Shown here: positions 1 to 8,237 of the stretch, piece after piece
Numbering within the stretch: the stretch's first letter is position 1
Layout of the letters: the number at the start of each line of letters is the position of its first letter
Assembly (NCBI GenBank): GCA_945897715.1
Contig: CAMDFS010000001.1
Coordinates: forward strand, 1-45,416
Reading direction: 5' to 3'
Length of the DNA stretch: 45,416 bases
Source: Chlamydia trachomatis
GTDB taxonomy: Bacteria > Chlamydiota > Chlamydiia > Chlamydiales > 2-12-FULL-49-11
The notes under the pieces: model-generated
The model's input: the letters and a program-made list of their open reading frames with translations, nothing else
What the model was told of the DNA's origin: nothing
The model's database searches: none
Made by a program: the position numbers and the translations under genes

Positions 1-468
1 GGAGGGATCCCAAGGCAATGGCTTCCTGCAATCATTAGATGGCCCATCAGAGCGATTATTTTACCGTTTATATGGCTAGATGTTTTTTGTCAGAAAGTTG
101 CAAAGATATTTGTCCCTCCGCCGTTTGTTAAGGCAGGAAAGTGTAAGAAGCGAGGAAATTGCTGTCACTATATCTTGGTTCGGAAAGTTAAGGGAGGTTT
201 TGGATTTTTAGATTTATTTTGGCATACCCAGGTAAATGGATTTTATAAAAGGAATAAAAAACCTGTCCAACATGGAAAAGGGGAGGTCTACGTGATGGGC
301 TGCCGTTACTTACAAAAAAATGGGTCTTGTGGGCGGTATTTTTTTAGGCCGGCTATTTGTAGAACTTGGCCACGGATAGAAATTTTTGGTGAACCTGAGG
401 TGTTAAAAGGTTGTGGTATCTATGCCAAAAAGAGAACATCCCATCCATTAAATGTTTTAAAAAACTAA
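1..468 (+). CDS. YkgJ-family cysteine-cluster (Fe-S/Zn-binding) protein, 5'-partial at window edge
   Basis: Frame 1 is open from base 1 to the stop at 466-468. The translation has GKCKKRGNCCHY and GCRYLQKNGSCGRYFFRPAICRTWP, the two Cys clusters typical of YkgJ/UPF0153. The listed ORF 175..468 is only the C-terminal part. Confidence 0.7.
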   Translation, partial: GGIPRQWLPAIIRWPIRAIILPFIWLDVFCQKVAKIFVPPPFVKAGKCKKRGNCCHYILVRKVKGGFGFLDLFWHTQVNGFYKRNKKPVQHGKGEVYVMGCRYLQKNGSCGRYFFRPAICRTWPRIEIFGEPEVLKGCGIYAKKRTSHPLNVLKN

Positions 469-1061
469 AATTTGTTAGGTTCTTTAGCAACATTAGTGTC
501 TCCAGGGTTTCCCCCTGTTGCCATAAAGCGTAGACCTTTTTCCACAGTCATATCTATGGCTGTCACAAGAGATTTTGGGACAATTGTGGTCATCCCTCCT
601 ATTTGATAGCTAAAAGGAAAAAATACTACAATATCATCTTTTGTTCCAATTCCTTTTGGAAGATCATCAAAGGTTTCCCTTGTAACAAGGCCTAACATTT
701 TTACTCCAGCAATGTGAACAGACACCACTTTATTATTCTTGTTTTTGTCCCCTGTATTGAAAAAACTCATCAGATCGGTAACAGAATTGTAGATTGTTTT
801 TAAGAGGGGGATCTTTTTTAAAAAAGCTTCGAATTTTTGGTAGATATATTCAACAAACCAATAGTTTAAAAGCAAACCTAGAAGGAACAAGGTGATTACA
901 GCAATAAGTATTCCAAGACCAGGGAAATAGAGATTTGGAAAAAAATAGGCTATTGGCCCACCAAAGATAAACTCAAGATGATTGTACAACCATATCAGCA
1001 AGATAATGGTGATAGCAAGAGGTGCTATCCCTAAAAAACCACGTAATAGTACTTTGCCCAT
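465..1061 (-). CDS. DUF502-family membrane protein
   Basis: 198 aa. Two N-terminal hydrophobic helices (LGIAPLAITIILLIWL, PGLGILIAVITLFLLGLLL) are followed by IPLLKTIYNSVTDL and a soluble tail, which is the DUF502 layout. Confidence 0.7.
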   Translation of the reverse strand: MGKVLLRGFLGIAPLAITIILLIWLYNHLEFIFGGPIAYFFPNLYFPGLGILIAVITLFLLGLLLNYWFVEYIYQKFEAFLKKIPLLKTIYNSVTDLMSFFNTGDKNKNNKVVSVHIAGVKMLGLVTRETFDDLPKGIGTKDDIVVFFPFSYQIGGMTTIVPKSLVTAIDMTVEKGLRFMATGGNPGDTNVAKEPNKF

Positions 1062-1226
1062 AAATTCTTTTTAACACAATTTCGATTTAAGGCTAACTTT
1101 TTTCTGTCAAAAAAATCTCTTCTAGGTTATTTTTTAGACATGGAAAATATTACAATTACTTTAACTTCTCAATGTTATGGAAATTTAAACAGAAGGCCAC
1201 CGCCTAAAGATCGGAAAAAAATAAAT

Positions 1227-1931
1227 TTAGATGCTTTTGTCAAGGACCCAAAGAACCTTGTGCAAGGTACAAGTGACAAGACTTGCGGGGTATTTTCCCG
1301 TTTGGTCGGTAAGGACTCTTTGAACCATTTCGGATTTACTTGCACCGATGGCCAAAAATAAAATGTGCTGAGCATTTTTAATGAGGGGATAGGTAAAAGT
1401 CATCCTTACTGTATTTTTCTGAGGGACCTGATTTTCAATGACTTTTCTGGTTTTTTCATTGAGAGCAGAAGTTTTTGGAAATAATGAGGCGGTATGTCCA
1501 TCATCTCCCATACCAAGAAGAATTAGATCAAAAGATTCATTTGGTACATATTGTTTGATCAAAGCTTCGTATGCAATCGCATTTTCTTTGATATTGTTTT
1601 CAGCTTTCATTCGAAAAATTTGTGTTTTTGGAACAGGTAACTCAGAAAAGCCATTTTCCATGGCCATTAAATAATTACTTTCACTATCAGTTGGTGGAAC
1701 AGATCTTTCATCGCTAAAAAAAATGTATACTTTACTCCAATCTATTGCATCTTTACAATGTTTTAATTGATTATACAACGCTTTTGGGGTAGATCCGCCA
1801 GAGAGAGCTACGGTAAACAAACCGCGTTTAATAATAGCCTCTTTGGCAATGGTTAAAAAGTATTCTTTAGCAAAGGCAATTGGATCCTTTAGGATGGCAA
1901 TATCTCTTGTATCGTCAAAGGAGTGTATCAT
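1227..1931 (-). CDS. pgl: 6-phosphogluconolactonase
   Basis: Motifs ALSGGSTPKALY, FFSDERSVPP and LGMGDDGHTASLFP. I prefer the ATG at 1931 (MIHSFDD...) because it forms an ATGA overlap with the upstream stop at 1928-1930. The ORF track start at 1955 is the alternative. Confidence 0.9.
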   Translation of the reverse strand: MIHSFDDTRDIAILKDPIAFAKEYFLTIAKEAIIKRGLFTVALSGGSTPKALYNQLKHCKDAIDWSKVYIFFSDERSVPPTDSESNYLMAMENGFSELPVPKTQIFRMKAENNIKENAIAYEALIKQYVPNESFDLILLGMGDDGHTASLFPKTSALNEKTRKVIENQVPQKNTVRMTFTYPLIKNAQHILFLAIGASKSEMVQRVLTDQTGKYPASLVTCTLHKVLWVLDKSI

Positions 1932-3028
1932 GAGCAAATAAATCCTGTTTTCCAAGTAGATATTAATGTAATCACGGTGAGGAAATCCTCACTTGTTCCT
2001 TTTGAGTAAATCTCCCTTGTAATCGATGACCCTGTCCCTTCTTTACTCACTGGATAGAGGACAGGAATCTCACATTTGTCTTTGGTGGAGTGGCAGATTT
2101 TAATAATATGGGCTGCAGACTCTTCTCTAATAAGACTTGTTACCTCCTCATCATTTTTTACCACAACAGAGACTATCCCTCCAGGACGAAGGGTATTTTG
2201 TTTATCACAAGGTTTTACCATTACTTTGTGCACCCCATATTTAGAACGATAGGAAATGATCAAGGTCTTTTCCTCACATACAATGGTTTCAAATTCCCAA
2301 TGCATTTTTGTCGCAAGCCACCCTTGAAAATAAATCGCTTGAATTTTGTTATGATGGAAAGATGCAGTTTCATGGGAGTTGTAAGAAACAGAGATTTCTT
2401 TACAACCGACTAAAGTTTTGAGTTTTTCTTTGTTTGAATAAACTTTAGTAATCAAATCTCTGAAAGGGGAGAATCTTGCCCAATTAAGATCTCCCACATC
2501 AATATGATCATCATGAATAGACTTGATGTAAGAGGCAAGGATCCCTATTTCGCTCATACACTCTGAATCAAAAATAATTCTCATAGGGAGTTTATCTATG
2601 CCAAGGCTTGTGGGAGTATCTCCAAGGGAGGGATCTTTAGCAAAGAGCAGGTAGATGGGAAGGTCGGCAATCACATGTGGGAGGATCAATGAGGAAATCC
2701 GTTCTTTATAACTTTTACTCACCTCAAAATGGATAAATTCACAGAAAAAACCTTCAGCAGAACCTTCAGGTTTTAGTGCAAAGACTTTTGTGTGTAAAAA
2801 ATCTCCTTCGGTAAGGGATTCCTTTACAAAAATAATACGGCAGGGAAATTTTTTAATTAACGATTTAGATAATTCGAATAGGTATTTTTCACGCTCGCCC
2901 TCTTCTGTGAAGATAATCAGGGTGAAAAGGGACGCCTTAACTACATTGGCCTTTTTTTCCCGTTCATACAATTCGGCAAGGGTGATCTCAATTTCAGAAG
3001 GTTTAATTGTTTTTAGATCATTTTCCAT
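1928..3028 (-). CDS. opcA: OpcA-like glucose-6-phosphate dehydrogenase assembly/effector protein (putative)
   Basis: 366 aa, overlapping zwf upstream (16 nt) and pgl downstream (4 nt). The DVGDLNWARFSPFRDLI segment resembles the DLxWxRxxPWR motif I recall from OpcA. The call rests mostly on position between zwf and pgl. Confidence 0.5.
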   Translation of the reverse strand: MENDLKTIKPSEIEITLAELYEREKKANVVKASLFTLIIFTEEGEREKYLFELSKSLIKKFPCRIIFVKESLTEGDFLHTKVFALKPEGSAEGFFCEFIHFEVSKSYKERISSLILPHVIADLPIYLLFAKDPSLGDTPTSLGIDKLPMRIIFDSECMSEIGILASYIKSIHDDHIDVGDLNWARFSPFRDLITKVYSNKEKLKTLVGCKEISVSYNSHETASFHHNKIQAIYFQGWLATKMHWEFETIVCEEKTLIISYRSKYGVHKVMVKPCDKQNTLRPGGIVSVVVKNDEEVTSLIREESAAHIIKICHSTKDKCEIPVLYPVSKEGTGSSITREIYSKGTSEDFLTVITLISTWKTGFICS

Positions 3029-4539
3029 GCACGACTTGCCCCTTTCAATAGCAATTCAGAATCTATTGGTCCCCATGTCCCTGCTGCATACATCTCATCA
3101 GGGGTCAAAGGAGTTTGCTTCCACCTATTTAAAATAGGGGTGATAAATTCCCAAGAGTGTAAAGATTCATCTACACGGGCAAAGAGGGTGTTATCTCCCA
3201 GGATGCAATCATGAATTAAACGCTCGTACGCTTCAGGTACTCCTCTGCCAAAAAAATTCTCATATTGAAAATCCATGGTGACAGGCTGAATTAAATTTGA
3301 GGTCCCCGGCACTTTACTGTTACAGCGAACTGAGATCCCTTCATTTGGTTGAATTCTAAAGATAAAGCAGTTGGGGGCATTGGATTTTTCCCCTTTATTG
3401 AATAAAATTCCGGGGGGGCTTTTAAACATCACACACACTTCAGTAGAGCGTTTTGGAAGCCTTTTTCCAGCCCGAATATAAATGGGAACCCCTGCCCAGC
3501 GCCAGTTATCAATGGATAGCTGCATTGCAGAGAATGTCTCAATATTGGAGTTTGGATCTACATCTTTTTCTTCCCTGTAACCGCAAACTCTCTCTCCATC
3601 TACAAAGCCTTGTTTGTATTGCCCTCGTACAGTGTATTTATCAATTTCAGCACCTTGATAATGCCTGATTGCACTTAAAACCTTTACCTTTTCATCACGA
3701 ATACTATTGGGAGAAAGGGAAGTTGGGGGCTCCATTGTGACAAGGGAGAGTACTTGCATCAAATGGTTTTGGATAATATCTCGAACAAGGCCGGCCGACT
3801 CGTAAAAAGTGCCCCGAGTCTCTATTCCAATACTTTCAGCGACAGTTATTTGGATATTATCGACATAGCGGTTATTCCATAACCCTTCAAAGATTGCATT
3901 ACTAAATCGAAAAACAAGGAGGTTTTGAACTGTCTCTTTCCCTAGATAATGATCGATCCTGTAAATCTGGTTCTCCGATAAATTATTTGCCATGAGGGCT
4001 TGTAATTTTTTCGCAGATTCAAGATCTTGCCCAAAAGGTTTTTCTATGATCACCCTTGAAAAGCGTTCTGTATCAATTTCATCATAGATAAGGTGGTGTT
4101 GCTTAAGTTTTTCTGTAATAGTGCTAAAGTAAGAGGGCTGTACCGATAGGTAGAAAATACGATTACCCATCGTGCCATGCTTTTTATCTAGATCAGCAAG
4201 GGTAGAGTGGAGCTTTTCATAGCCGCTATCATCATCAAAATTAGCAGAATAATAAAACAGCTTATCTGTAAACACTTCAAGCTCTTTTTCTTCACCTTTT
4301 GATCTAGAGTGCTTTTTGATCTGCTCTCTCATCTCGAGGCGAAATTCCGCGTCAGTTTTTTGCTTCCTTGCAAAACCCACACAAATAAAATTTGAGGGGA
4401 GCAGTCCATCATGCATTAAATTATATAAAGCTGGGATGAGCTTTTTTCCAGTAAGATCACCAGAGGCTCCAAAAATAACTAATATACATGGACTTGGAGT
4501 TTTTCTGCTGGAGTTTTCTGTAAATAGGTTTTCTCTCAT
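3013..4539 (-). CDS. zwf: glucose-6-phosphate 1-dehydrogenase
   Basis: 508 aa. Has IFGASGDLTGKKLIPALY (NADP site), EKPFG and RIDHYLGKE (active-site signature). Confidence 0.97.
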   Translation of the reverse strand: MRENLFTENSSRKTPSPCILVIFGASGDLTGKKLIPALYNLMHDGLLPSNFICVGFARKQKTDAEFRLEMREQIKKHSRSKGEEKELEVFTDKLFYYSANFDDDSGYEKLHSTLADLDKKHGTMGNRIFYLSVQPSYFSTITEKLKQHHLIYDEIDTERFSRVIIEKPFGQDLESAKKLQALMANNLSENQIYRIDHYLGKETVQNLLVFRFSNAIFEGLWNNRYVDNIQITVAESIGIETRGTFYESAGLVRDIIQNHLMQVLSLVTMEPPTSLSPNSIRDEKVKVLSAIRHYQGAEIDKYTVRGQYKQGFVDGERVCGYREEKDVDPNSNIETFSAMQLSIDNWRWAGVPIYIRAGKRLPKRSTEVCVMFKSPPGILFNKGEKSNAPNCFIFRIQPNEGISVRCNSKVPGTSNLIQPVTMDFQYENFFGRGVPEAYERLIHDCILGDNTLFARVDESLHSWEFITPILNRWKQTPLTPDEMYAAGTWGPIDSELLLKGASRAWKMI

Positions 4540-4599
4540 GGCTTAAATATAGCAGATAGATGAGCTATCTTCTACTTATATTTTGAAGAACATACAAAG

Positions 4600-5022
4600 T
4601 TACATTTGTGAGAGAAAGTCCTTGAGGATAAGTTGTGCTGCTAGACTATCTTTGTGGGGAATGCGATCTTTACGATTAAAACCAAGCTCCTTTAGCAGAT
4701 CTTCAGATTGCTCTGAGGTGAGCCTTTCATCTATATAATGGACTGGCTTTTTTGTGTATTCTTCTAAAACTTTTCCAAATAACTTCACTCTTACTGTCAT
4801 AGAACTTTCATTTCCATCTAGATAGATGGGTAGTCCTAATACAAATCGATCAATTGTTTCAGGATAGCCTTCTAGGATTGCTTTGATGGAGGATAAGTCA
4901 TCTTTTTTTGCCTCTATGGTTTTGCTCGGAATTGCAAATGTAATGCCCTTGCTGCAAATAGCAAGTCCTATGCGCTTTAGACCGAAATCAATGCCGACAA
5001 TGAATTCATCCTTGAACTCCAC
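4600..5022 (-). CDS. ruvX: Holliday junction resolvase-like protein RuvX/YqgF
   Basis: 140 aa with N-terminal GIDFGLKRIGLAI. It overlaps the pyrG stop by 17 nt, and the order pyrG-yqgF-zwf matches Chlamydia. Confidence 0.85.
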   Translation of the reverse strand: MEFKDEFIVGIDFGLKRIGLAICSKGITFAIPSKTIEAKKDDLSSIKAILEGYPETIDRFVLGLPIYLDGNESSMTVRVKLFGKVLEEYTKKPVHYIDERLTSEQSEDLLKELGFNRKDRIPHKDSLAAQLILKDFLSQM

Positions 5023-6643
5023 AGAGCTCTCCCTTCTTATTAAATTCTACAGAAGCTTTGATGAAGGAGGAGAAGATAGGATGGGGTTTATCAGGTTTAG
5101 ATAGAAATTCAGGGTGAAATTGCACCCCCACCATCCACGGATGGTTTTCTTCTTCTACAATTTCAGCCAGGCCATATTGAGGATTGAATCCTGAAATTTT
5201 ACACCCATTTTTTTCAAAGAGCTCTTTGTAATCACTGTTGAACTCATAGCGGTGTCGATGTCTTTCGAATATGATTTTTTCATTATAAGCTTCAAACGCT
5301 TTAGTGCCAGGGAGAAGTTGACAAGGATATCTTCCAAGTCTCATTGTCCCGCCAAGATTGATGATCTCTTTTTGCTCAGACAGTAGTGAGATCACTGGGT
5401 CTTTTGTTTCTTTATTAAATTCAGTGGAGTTTGCCTCTTTTTTGTTTAATACATCTCTTGCAAAAGAGATGCAGAGTGTTTGCATTCCTAAACATATGCC
5501 AAGGTAGGGAATTTTATGTTTTCTGCAATAGGATGCTGCTTTGATTTTTCCTTCAATACCCCGGTCTCCAAATCCGCCAGGAACTAATACCCCTTGAACC
5601 CCTTGTAGCTTTTCCTCTAAATCTAATACTTCTTCTGAGTTGATCTTTACAAGATTAAGCTTCACATCGGCATGGGCACAGCTATGAAGAAGAGACTCGT
5701 AGATGCATTTGTAGGCATCGTCAAATTGGATATATTTTCCAACAATTGCAATTTTTACAGAACCTTTTGGATGCTCAATTTTATCAATCATCGCCTTCCA
5801 GTCAGATAGATCGGGTGCAGGGCCTGTAATTTGAAGTTTTTTAGCTAAGATGTCTAAAATCCCTTCGTTGAGCAAGTTGATTGGGGCTTTATAAATAGAG
5901 CCTTCGATATCTCTAATCTCTAAAACGCAAGATTCTTCAACACTACAGTTTAAAGCAATTTTTTTCTTATGCTCAAGAGACATGGGTTTTGAAGTTCTGC
6001 ATAAAATCATGTCGGGGAAGATCCCAGCGCGCTGAAGCTCATGTACAGAATGCTGTGTGGGCTTTGTTTTAATCTCTCCGGAGGTTTGAAGGAAGGGTAA
6101 ATAGGTGAGGTGGATGAAAAATGTGGAATTTCTATGTGCGCAATAATACTGCTTAGCGGCCTCTAAAAAAGGGCTTGATTCAATATCGCCCACAGTACCG
6201 CCAAGTTCTACTAATACAACATCTGTCGAAGGATTTTGAGCTCCACACGCTTTAATTCGATTTTGGATAGCGTCGGTAATATGAGGTACAACTTGTACAT
6301 CTCTACCTAAATATTTCCCCTTTCTCTCATTTTGGATAACTTCATTATAAATTTGCCCAGAGGTTGCGTTTGAAATTTTTGAGAGGGGAGAATTGGTGAA
6401 TCTGTGATAATGACCAAGATCTAGATCGGTCTCTGTCCCGTCATCAGTGACATACACTTCTCCATGCTCAAATGGATTCATCGTCCCTGGATCAATATTT
6501 AAATAGGGATCTAGCTTCATTAAAGCTATCTTTAAACCCATTCTTTCTAATAAAAATCCTAAAGATGCGGCAGTGACCCCCTTGCCTAAAGAAGAGAGAA
6601 CTCCACCTGTAATAAAAATCGTTTTTATATTCATAGAGAGCAA
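5006..6643 (-). CDS. pyrG: CTP synthase
   Basis: 545 aa. Has IFITGGVLSSLGKG at the N-terminus, the GICLGMQ glutaminase Cys motif, HRHRYE and VQFHPEF. Confidence 0.97.
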   Translation of the reverse strand: MLSMNIKTIFITGGVLSSLGKGVTAASLGFLLERMGLKIALMKLDPYLNIDPGTMNPFEHGEVYVTDDGTETDLDLGHYHRFTNSPLSKISNATSGQIYNEVIQNERKGKYLGRDVQVVPHITDAIQNRIKACGAQNPSTDVVLVELGGTVGDIESSPFLEAAKQYYCAHRNSTFFIHLTYLPFLQTSGEIKTKPTQHSVHELQRAGIFPDMILCRTSKPMSLEHKKKIALNCSVEESCVLEIRDIEGSIYKAPINLLNEGILDILAKKLQITGPAPDLSDWKAMIDKIEHPKGSVKIAIVGKYIQFDDAYKCIYESLLHSCAHADVKLNLVKINSEEVLDLEEKLQGVQGVLVPGGFGDRGIEGKIKAASYCRKHKIPYLGICLGMQTLCISFARDVLNKKEANSTEFNKETKDPVISLLSEQKEIINLGGTMRLGRYPCQLLPGTKAFEAYNEKIIFERHRHRYEFNSDYKELFEKNGCKISGFNPQYGLAEIVEEENHPWMVGVQFHPEFLSKPDKPHPIFSSFIKASVEFNKKGELCGVQG

Positions 6644-6761
6644 TTATAGCCATGAGTTGGATAAAGAACAACCTTTAATCGATTCAAAAATTAAATAAAT
6701 GTTTACATATTAATTATAATATAGTAAATTATAATTTGTACTATGTTTAATAATAATTAAG

Positions 6762-7649
6762 GTGTTTAAAGTGGTTAATAATATTAAGAAAGAAAAATAT
6801 ACAGAACTTGCTCATCCAAGGTTTATGGAATTTCGTTGTGAATACAAAGAAGCAAAATATGTATTTAATCCAATCTTGTTTGAGCGAGAGGATGCATTTA
6901 TTAAAGGGGTGAGTGTTGGACCCTCTGCGATTTTAGAAGCATCGCATGTGATAGAGAAGTACCATATTGGAACAGATAGTAAAGCCTATCTTTCAGGATT
7001 TGCGACGTTAGATCCTTTTTATGCGATGTCTGAGGAGGAGAGTATAGAACAGGTGAATAAAGCAGTGACAAAGCAAATTGCAGATAAGAAAATTCCTATA
7101 ACGCTTCTTGGTGATGGATCAGGATCAATTGGAGCCTATTATGCATTGAATAAGGTAGCAAAGAATGTAACGATATTAAATCTTGATGCGCATTTAAGTT
7201 TAAGAGAGACCATGGGTGGGACAAGAAATCATCGGTTTTGTCGGATGCATCATGCAAAAGTGTGTAGTGAGAATGTTCTGCATTTTGGAGTAGCTTCTAT
7301 GGGAAATAATGAGAAGTTGTTATTTGATCCTGATAAGGTTTTTTTTGCTGAGGATATTGTTGAAGATAAATATTGGTTAGAAGATGTCTTATGTGAAATA
7401 GAAGGGGATGTGTATATAAGTTTAGATATGAGTGTATTTAGTCCTGGAATTATTGGATCCCAAAATCCAGATCCAGCTGGTCTTTCTTACCAATATATTG
7501 AGAAGTTGTTAAGGGCTGTTGTAAAGAAACACAATGTGATTGGAATAGACATTTCAGGATTTGTTCCTGATGAGAGAAATAGGGGAGGTGAATTAATTCT
7601 ATCTAAGCTGATCTATGATTGTATTTCTCATATGGATCAAGGGTTGTAA
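6762..7649 (+). CDS. arginase/agmatinase (ureohydrolase)-fold protein with divergent metal-ligand motifs
   Basis: 295 aa. Collinear with SpeB-type motifs but altered: LLGDGSGS (cf. GGDH), LDAHLSL (cf. DAHxD), SLDMSVFSPG (cf. DxDxxDP), IGIDISGF. Start is ambiguous: GTG at 6762, or GTG at 6771, which sits better behind AAGG. Confidence 0.7.
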   Translation: MFKVVNNIKKEKYTELAHPRFMEFRCEYKEAKYVFNPILFEREDAFIKGVSVGPSAILEASHVIEKYHIGTDSKAYLSGFATLDPFYAMSEEESIEQVNKAVTKQIADKKIPITLLGDGSGSIGAYYALNKVAKNVTILNLDAHLSLRETMGGTRNHRFCRMHHAKVCSENVLHFGVASMGNNEKLLFDPDKVFFAEDIVEDKYWLEDVLCEIEGDVYISLDMSVFSPGIIGSQNPDPAGLSYQYIEKLLRAVVKKHNVIGIDISGFVPDERNRGGELILSKLIYDCISHMDQGL

Positions 7650-7662
7650 TTTGAAGTGCACG

Positions 7663-7697
7663 AAAAAAGAGCAGAAACTTTTGTCTCTGCTCTTTTA
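7663..7697. terminator. bidirectional intrinsic terminator between convergent genes
   Basis: AGAGCAGA (7668-7675) pairs perfectly with TCTGCTCT (7686-7693). An A-run flanks the left side and TTTT the right. Confidence 0.65.
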
Positions 7698-7724
7698 TAG
7701 AAAGTGATTTAACCTAGACCTAGA

Positions 7725-8096
7725 CTAAGATTGGTTCTTGGTACGATTCATCCCTAAATCAATAAAGAACGAAAGACCAATAAATAGCAATCCAATAACA
7801 TACAAAAATCCCATGCCGATCTTTTGGTCTTTTGTCATACTTGAGTCATCTTTATTGAATATCCTACTAATCATCATATTAGGATTCTTTTCTAAAAAGC
7901 TCTTTTTCTTAACCTCGGAAGATTTTTCCTTTTCAGATGTAGAAGCGGGTTGTGTATTAGCGGCTCCAAGTACTTCGTTGGCTAGAGCAGTTAGTACATG
8001 GGGGTTATTGTGAACAGCTACTGCTTTTTGTGCAGTTCTATTTAAAGTAGCTGTTAATGTATTTACTCCTATTTGTGCGGCTTTTACTCCTTGCAT
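7725..8096 (-). CDS. hypothetical tail-anchored membrane protein
   Basis: 123 aa. Strong SD (AAGGAAGG) upstream of the ATG. Polar/Ala-rich N-terminus and a single C-terminal hydrophobic helix, GMGFLYVIGLLFIGLSFFIDLGM. No family recognised. Confidence 0.6.
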   Translation of the reverse strand: MQGVKAAQIGVNTLTATLNRTAQKAVAVHNNPHVLTALANEVLGAANTQPASTSEKEKSSEVKKKSFLEKNPNMMISRIFNKDDSSMTKDQKIGMGFLYVIGLLFIGLSFFIDLGMNRTKNQS

Positions 8097-8237
8097 ATAT
8101 TACCTTCCTTTTTTGTATTATTATTTGATTTCTTTTAATATTACTTTAATTATAACATATTAAAACAATTAATTCAAGTTTAAATTGAATTAATATGTGG
8201 TAATTATATAATTATCAAAGACTTAACTCCTTGCCTT

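Noticed and set aside
1140-1375. ORFs 1140..1361 (+) and 1175..1375 (-) near the 3' end of pgl.
   Set aside because: Both overlap the well-supported pgl frame or its 3' flank. They lack RBS and motifs, and are most likely shadow ORFs.
2090-3137. Antisense ORFs 2090..2413 and 2790..3137, and similar ones inside zwf, pyrG, dnaN, recF, ABC, NTT, pgi and YfcH (e.g. 3453..3668, 15408..15773, 17953..18237, 38964..39353, 44114..44374).
   Set aside because: Each lies entirely within, and opposite or out of frame to, a motif-supported gene. Their translations are low-complexity with no motifs, which is typical of shadow ORFs.
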